From Candidatus Bathyarchaeota archaeon (GTDB taxonomy: Archaea; Thermoproteota; Bathyarchaeia; Bathyarchaeales; Bathycorpusculaceae), in contig CAWHVC010000001.1 in NCBI GenBank assembly GCA_963832745.1, forward strand, positions 608,001 through 672,000: 64,000 bases of DNA, in the 5' to 3' direction. Position numbers and translations under genes: made by a program. The notes beneath the pieces are model-generated. The model was not told where the DNA came from. It ran no database searches and worked only from the letters and a program-made list of their open reading frames with translations. Positions 58,134-64,000 of the stretch are shown piece by piece (position 1 is the first letter of the stretch; each line of letters opens with the position of its first letter).

Positions 58134-60776
58134 TTAGTGTCTTCTAAGAACTAAAGCGCCAACGATGCCTATCGCAATCAAAATGACGACTATACCGATG
58201 ATGAAGTAAGTCATTAAGTCAGCTGTTGTTGCTACTGTTCCTCCACCGGTTGGTGTCGGCGTTGGAGATGTTTGTCCACCCTCAGCTACATTAACGAATG
58301 CTGTAGCGTAAGAGCTTCCGTAGGAATCATCGCCCATAAAGGTTGCAATAATTCGGTAGTCACCAGCTGTTGACGGAATAGTCCACGTGTAACCGAAAGC
58401 ACCTGAAGCGTCGCTTGTGACGTCTGCTACATGTATGTAGTTGTTGTTGGGGTCAAATACGTCAATTGATACTGGGACACCAGTTATGGTTACGTTATGG
58501 TAGTATCCGTCGATTGGCATCTGGAAATGCAGGTAATCCATCCATGTAGACATTGAATCAGCAGAAACACATGGCGTTCCAGATTGAGCGGGGGACATAT
58601 CAAGAATTGAACCAGCTATCACGACGCCTTGGCCTTGAGTCAATTCCGTTTGTGGCGCAGTCAAAGTAAGAGAACTTTGACCTTTACCTATCACATAGAA
58701 GTAACCGCTATAACTGCTTGAAGCCGTTAAGTAACCGTCTGATGCTCCACCTGGACCAAGGTTTGCACCACTTATCTTCCACATAAAGTCGCCGTCAGTT
58801 ACATTAAGGCAAATTAGGCCCCAACCTCTTGTGGCAGGTTGTGTTGGCGTGTGTTCATTATTTTGTACGTAGACTTTTCCGTCAGCTATTCGGATTGTTT
58901 GAACTGCATAGACTTCTTGAGTAATATTGCTGTTGTAGGGAGTTTCAAACGGAACTGAAGGATCAGCGTAATGCCAGACTATGTCACCGTTGGTTTCGTT
59001 GAAAGCCCAAACACCAGTATAACCAACTCCTAGAACCATGTCATTGTATGCAGCAATGTCGTAAAGCCAAAATTCGCCCCATGGGTAATCGTTGATTTCA
59101 GTTTGCCAAAGAATATCACCAGTGTGTAAATCGCGTGCTTGCACGTAACCTCGTTCCATTTCAGCTATGTATCGTCCATGTCTTGCCCACGCATTAGTTG
59201 GTCTGTATGCTGACTCCATCAAATCGACAGGTGTACTTACGTTCCATATTAGTTGACCCGTAGTTACGTCTACTGCTTGATATGTTGAACCATAGAAGCC
59301 ACCATTTACGAATCTGCTTTGAATAACAGTTATACCAGCTTCAGGGTCATAAGCACCCAAGTTGCCATAAGCTCCAACTTGATAAAGCGTTCTAAGGCTT
59401 GTTGGAAGAATGCCACTAACATTGTTCATAATTCTGGTAGTGAAGTTTGTGGATGATCCCTGTGATGTCCAGTTTATCCAGTTGCCAGTGTAAGTAGTTG
59501 TAACAGTGATGTTTGCTTGTGTAACATTAATTGAGCCTGTATTCTGGAAAGCCAAGAAGTAGCCGTTACGGTAGTACAATTCTTGAGAGCCAGGCGAGGC
59601 ACCCATACTGGGTAACGAAATGTTAGCTGCAATTGCACCTGTTAAGGGATTAACTTTGTAAAGCCGATTTGCACTCACTGTTATTAATTCGGCACCGATA
59701 CCTGCGGCCGATCCTGCGCCGGGAACGGCTGTATCAACTCCTTGCCAGTATGCAATGTGTGTCGGTGTTATGCCGCCTTGGGCAACAGGAATAGCATAGT
59801 ACTGTTGTCCTGTTTGCAGGTCATAGCAGACGGCACAGCTTGTTGGGACACCGTTTATTGGAACAGTTTTTGTTTGGTAGCATCTGCCCATGAAAATTAC
59901 GCTTGGCAAGCCAGGCGCGCTAAGTGAAGAGTACTGTCCAGCTTCACCGCCAATAATTCCTGCTATTCCACCAAGTTCTTGCCACAGAATATGTGGTGTG
60001 TTCGGTGCGGTAACATATGGACCGTAATAGTTTTCTCTGTCGCTTGCTTGAGTTGGTGAGCCTTCAAATTCTGCCCATGGATAGTTGCCGGCGATAGTGT
60101 ACCATTCTCTGTTGTTAGGCAATATTGGTCGCGTCCAGAAATCAGTTGGAAGATTTGACTGCCAAGAAGCCACAATATCCTGTTGAACCGTTAAAATTGT
60201 TACAGGAGATTGTGCGGGTGCAACGAAAACTGATGGGTTATAGATTGCAGTGCTGAAATTGCCTGTACGAGTTGCAGAATACATTCCGTCCATCCAGTAT
60301 CCTGCGGGGAACCATTCACCGGCAAAAGAGAACTGGAATTTCCATTCGCCCACTTGATCAACGACATAAGTGAAATAGCTTGTTCCATCGGCAACGTATG
60401 ACTTAAGGTCTACAAGTTCGGTTGTGCCATCTGGCTTTGTAATGTTTACCGTGTATCCTACCATGTATTTGCCTTCGCCTGAAGGGAAAGTAATCCACAC
60501 GTTAACTAGGAGTTCTTGTCCATAACCGATAGGGTTAGGTGAAACACTTAGAAAAGCTAGTGGATAAATTGTGTAGTCGGGTGTTTCTCCTGTGGGTACA
60601 GTGGTGGGTCCTTCATAGCCTGCAATTGGTTGTCCACCGTGTGATGTTATTCCACCTTGGATTTCTTGGGTTCCTTGTGCTTCTACTGAATCGCCCATTG
60701 TTACTATAAAAGTAGATATTAAAAGCACAGTAACGATTGCTATTGATTTCAAAATATTTGTTTTAGAATTTTTCAT
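58134..60776 (-). CDS. Cell-surface PQQ-binding-like beta-propeller protein with C-terminal anchor
   Basis: AFLSVSPNPIG, D..TG...W repeats, IADGKVY...EH, GTPCVSADSMSTWMDYLH, C-terminal TM. Confidence 0.85.
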   Translation of the reverse strand: MKNSKTNILKSIAIVTVLLISTFIVTMGDSVEAQGTQEIQGGITSHGGQPIAGYEGPTTVPTGETPDYTIYPLAFLSVSPNPIGYGQELLVNVWITFPSGEGKYMVGYTVNITKPDGTTELVDLKSYVADGTSYFTYVVDQVGEWKFQFSFAGEWFPAGYWMDGMYSATRTGNFSTAIYNPSVFVAPAQSPVTILTVQQDIVASWQSNLPTDFWTRPILPNNREWYTIAGNYPWAEFEGSPTQASDRENYYGPYVTAPNTPHILWQELGGIAGIIGGEAGQYSSLSAPGLPSVIFMGRCYQTKTVPINGVPTSCAVCYDLQTGQQYYAIPVAQGGITPTHIAYWQGVDTAVPGAGSAAGIGAELITVSANRLYKVNPLTGAIAANISLPSMGASPGSQELYYRNGYFLAFQNTGSINVTQANITVTTTYTGNWINWTSQGSSTNFTTRIMNNVSGILPTSLRTLYQVGAYGNLGAYDPEAGITVIQSRFVNGGFYGSTYQAVDVTTGQLIWNVSTPVDLMESAYRPTNAWARHGRYIAEMERGYVQARDLHTGDILWQTEINDYPWGEFWLYDIAAYNDMVLGVGYTGVWAFNETNGDIVWHYADPSVPFETPYNSNITQEVYAVQTIRIADGKVYVQNNEHTPTQPATRGWGLICLNVTDGDFMWKISGANLGPGGASDGYLTASSSYSGYFYVIGKGQSSLTLTAPQTELTQGQGVVIAGSILDMSPAQSGTPCVSADSMSTWMDYLHFQMPIDGYYHNVTITGVPVSIDVFDPNNNYIHVADVTSDASGAFGYTWTIPSTAGDYRIIATFMGDDSYGSSYATAFVNVAEGGQTSPTPTPTGGGTVATTADLMTYFIIGIVVILIAIGIVGALVLRRH

Positions 60777-61034
60777 CGATTTTTCACTTTTAAAAATAGA
60801 GAGCGCTTTAATAGACTAACTTTTTTAAAAATAATCTAGAAAAAACGCTCAATCCATTATTATGCAAAATCCCACCTATAAAGTGATAGGTAAAAGGATA
60901 AGCACCATACCTAAACATCTAAAATTCAATAAAACCACCATTTTTAAGGAAAACCATGTGCCGGTCGAACAGTTTACCGCCTTTGCTTTTGAAACTCTTA
61001 TATACGTCAAGTGCTAATTCACTGATTGAGTGTC

Positions 61035-61343
61035 ATGGCTGAAGTTTGTTCAACGTGCGGGCTCCCAAAAGATTTATGCGTTTGCGGAGAAATTGAAAAA
61101 GAGCAACAAAGAATTCGCATAAGACTTGAAACACGCAAGTTTGGTAGACCAACTACGATAATTGATGGTATCGACGATAAAAACTCGAACCTCCAAAACA
61201 TTGCTCAGAAGTTAAAAGGCTATTGTGCCTGTGGTGGAACACACAAAAACGGGCAAATAATGCTTCAAGGCGATCATCGAGACAGAGTGCGTGAATTCTT
61301 GATTAAAACTGGTTACCCGCAAGAAAACATTGAACTCCAATAA
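61035..61343 (+). CDS. sui1: Translation initiation factor aIF-1 (SUI1)
   Basis: CSTCGLPKDLCVC, LK..CACGGT.K, LQGDHR. Confidence 0.95.
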   Translation: MAEVCSTCGLPKDLCVCGEIEKEQQRIRIRLETRKFGRPTTIIDGIDDKNSNLQNIAQKLKGYCACGGTHKNGQIMLQGDHRDRVREFLIKTGYPQENIELQ

Positions 61344-61378
61344 ACCCACCATTTATTGCAAACTTTAAAGGGTGTAGA

Positions 61379-61594
61379 ATGAAAAAGTTAGATAGCTTCC
61401 GCGAGATTTTCAAAACGGTTAAACATAGAAAACCTTGTCAATTTTTTTGTCCAAGATGCGCCAGCCCAAAAATTCGTTTGTCCAGCAGTCTTGATTTATG
61501 GTTAACCCCTAGATCATATATTTGTGAAAACTGTGGATACACAGGGTTAATAGTAATGGAACTTGAAAAAGAAGACAGCTCAAAAGAAAAATAA
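61379..61594 (+). CDS. Small C4 zinc-ribbon protein
   Basis: CPRC...Y.CENCGYTG. Confidence 0.8.
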   Translation: MKKLDSFREIFKTVKHRKPCQFFCPRCASPKIRLSSSLDLWLTPRSYICENCGYTGLIVMELEKEDSSKEK

Positions 61595-61625
61595 GAATTG
61601 TTGAAAAAGGAAAAATGCCCGGTTT

Positions 61626-62567
61626 TTAGTCAGGCAATTCAAGATTTAACTGTTTTTTAAGGGTTTTATAGCGGTTTCGCACTGTAACTTCTGTTACGCC
61701 TGCAGCTTCAGCAATGTCTTTTTGGGTTTTCTTTTCATTGTTCTGTAAACATGCAATGTAAAGGGCAGCAGCAGCAAGTCCCATCGGGTCTTTGCCGGCG
61801 GCAGCACGTTTGCGTCTTGCTTCTCGCAGAATGTTTATGGCTGCGCCTTGAGTTTTTCCAGAGATTCCAGTTTTTTCTGCAATTTTTGAAACATAAGTTA
61901 ATGGGTCAGCAATTGGCATGTGCACTTCAAGTTCTCGTAGAAGTAACCGGTAACATCTTGCAACATCTTTCTTGTCAACAAGACTTGCCTCAGCGATTTC
62001 ACGTAGTGTACGTGGTGTTCCGCTTCCACGGCAAGCAGCATAAAGGGATGCAGCTGCGATGGCGGCGATTGATCTGCCTCGAACGAGACCCTTGTCAAGT
62101 GCTTTTCTGTAAACGACGGCTGCTTTTTCTTTAATTGGTGGCGGAATGTAGACTTTGTCAGATAGACGGTCTAGTTCGGCCATTGCTTGTGCGAGGTTTC
62201 TGTCAATGGATGAGTGGACTCTGCTTCGGATTTGCCATTTTCTTAGACGCCACATTTGCAGCCTTGTGGATAAGGGCAGTTTTCTTCCGAAAGCGTCCCT
62301 GTCTACTTGGCTAATAGCTGTTGATAAGCCTTTATCATGAACTGAGTAAGATGTTGGAACACCAACTCGACTTCTGGAAGCTTTTTCTTCTTGTGTGAAC
62401 GCGCGCCATTCAGGTCCTTTATCCATCATTTGTTCGTATAAGACCAGGCCGCAGTCTCCGCAGACGGTTTCGCCGGTATCGTAATCGTGGACTAAGTTGT
62501 CACTACCGCATTCGGGGCACTTGTCAGCTAAGCGCTGTGATGTCTTGGGTGCTTCTTTTTTGCTCAA
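61626..62567 (-). CDS. tfb: Transcription initiation factor IIB
   Basis: CPECG...CGDCG Zn ribbon, GPEWRAF B-reader, two cyclin repeats, VTEVTVRNRY. Confidence 0.97.
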   Translation of the reverse strand: MSKKEAPKTSQRLADKCPECGSDNLVHDYDTGETVCGDCGLVLYEQMMDKGPEWRAFTQEEKASRSRVGVPTSYSVHDKGLSTAISQVDRDAFGRKLPLSTRLQMWRLRKWQIRSRVHSSIDRNLAQAMAELDRLSDKVYIPPPIKEKAAVVYRKALDKGLVRGRSIAAIAAASLYAACRGSGTPRTLREIAEASLVDKKDVARCYRLLLRELEVHMPIADPLTYVSKIAEKTGISGKTQGAAINILREARRKRAAAGKDPMGLAAAALYIACLQNNEKKTQKDIAEAAGVTEVTVRNRYKTLKKQLNLELPD

Positions 62568-62896
62568 CTTTCTCTACTCCTTTTACGGGTTTTGCGTTAT
62601 GACCTTCACTGTTGGCCTTTCAGGCTGAAGAAAACTGTACATTCGGTCCGCGCAAACTAAGCAGATGAACAGATTTAATATAAAAACTTTGTGGTCTTAT
62701 TAAATCTATCGGACACGTAATTTAACAAAAATCAACACATACTAAAATCACTCTATGGAAAAGCTTAAACAAAAATGTTTACCAAACAAACACACTTTCC
62801 CACAAGCTTCACCCAATTCCACGGGAACGCTTATTAGGAAAAAAAGCGTCCTTACAACTCTAACAATAAATAACGCGCCCACTAAAACAGGAGTGC

Positions 62897-62972
62897 AGCC
62901 CGGTGGTGTAGTGGTCAAGCATAGTGGGCTTTGGACCCGCCGACGAGAGTTCGAATCTCTCCCGGGCTACCA
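62897..62972 (+). tRNA. tRNA-Gln(TTG), intron-less, CCA encoded
   Basis: AGCCCGG/CCGGGCT acceptor stem, GTGGG-CTTTGGA-CCCGC anticodon arm, GAGAG-TTCGAAT-CTCTC T arm. Confidence 0.95.
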
Positions 62973-63858
62973 ATATCTCTCGTAGTCTTTTAGAAGAGAA
63001 AATAGTAAAAGCACTCTGGGACTTGCGTGTTCTTAGTTCTAAGAGTCAATCGACTTATGCGAAGAAAATTAAGTACTTAAGCAAACATGTTAACATTGAG
63101 AATTCGTTTGAGACAGAAAAATACATTCTATCATTGAATGCAAGCAAGTATAAGTCAACTTTGCTAATGGCTTACATGCACTTTTGCAGAAGCAATGCTA
63201 TTGCTTGGACTCCGCCAATTTTGAAGACTCAGTCTATGCCTATTGCTGTTCCGACTGAAGAGAGAATTGATAAAATCATTGGTAGATGCTCGCTTAAGTA
63301 TATTGCAACTTTTCAAATAAGTAAACATGGCTTGAGACCAGATGAGATTTCCAAGATAGTTTTAAGAGATATCGATTTGCAAAGAGGACTACTGTAAGAA
63401 CATCAAAACTCGGAGCAGAAAGAACAATAAAACTCAAAGAATATGCAACCGACAATCTAAGAGCATACATACAACGAAAAAACATCACACGTTTGGATTC
63501 AGCATTATTTTCTAAACCGAGTATTCTTCGAGACCAATGGAACTTATACAGGAAGCGAGCGTACTTGAATTTTAGAGACCAAGAATTGCTTAAGATGATT
63601 TTACGATTTACGACACTTGTTTGCAACAAAGAGTATTTGAAAAGCAGAGACATCTTTCACGTAAAATACTTAATGTGCCACAGAGACATCAAAAGTACGC
63701 TAATCTACATGCACATCGCAAAAGGGCTCAGCAACTACTCAGAAGATTATACTTACAAGATAGCTAAACGTATAGATGAAGCAATGCAATTGGTAGAGCA
63801 AGGTTTTGAGTACATTACAGAAATAGATGGCATCAAGCTGTTTAGAAAACGAAGGTAA
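62924..63858 (+). pseudogene. Degenerate tyrosine integrase whose reading frame starts inside the tRNA (SSV-type int(C) fragment)
   Basis: HGLRPDE, TSKLG, YDLRH (alternate frame near 63603), M(C)H.DIKSTLIY spread over several frames. Confidence 0.8.
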
Positions 63859-64000
63859 ACTAAGACATGGCTTCACTGCAAATCTGAAAAATTCCATTAT
63901 ATTATTATTTCAATGAAAATTATTCGATTCCTTCCTTACTTTTGTCTTGTCTCGAGCATTGTGAATGCTTGTGAAATGTAAATCTACCTTTTAATCGCCT

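Noticed and set aside
467-63653. Numerous 60-180-aa ORFs antisense to or overlapping the called genes (e.g. 3401-3664, 12933-13343, 46536-47003, 54297-54833, 62755-62985)
   Set aside because: Shadow ORFs with no recognisable motifs; the opposite strand or frame carries a clear family match.

Overview
Archaeal chromosomal window. TFB, aIF-1, single-OB SSB, methanopterin genes, a DUF35/HMG-CoA synthase/thiolase cluster and families of NosD and PQQ-propeller surface proteins make Bathyarchaeia the most likely source (inference). In order: a three-gene glycerol-3-phosphate-dehydrogenase-like operon; a wHTH regulator and surface-protein genes sharing a palindromic promoter site; a B12 radical SAM enzyme divergent from a methanopterin biosynthesis operon; an ECF S component, a sensor-less histidine kinase and a tandem ferritin; a ~27 kb surface-glycan locus (GH5-PA14 hydrolase, two paralogous ~1450-aa propeller/LamG/lectin proteins, GT2/GT4/GT-C-like enzymes, a methyltransferase, a CapK-like ligase, a short UDP-glucose dehydrogenase); korAB preceded by a 44-aa Cys-rich peptide ending in GG; a two-gene insert bounded by a diverged ~240-bp direct repeat; a DUF35-HMGCS fusion beside a thiolase that has lost its catalytic residues; pncB; a MacB/LolCDE-type ABC system; a PQQ-propeller protein; aIF-1; TFB; and tRNA-Gln(TTG) running into a decayed tyrosine integrase. 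A dispersed intergenic element of YCTAT pentamers spaced 11-12 bp apart occurs at least four times. Several single-base frameshifts are probably sequencing or assembly errors. All calls come from motif recognition by eye; no searches were run.
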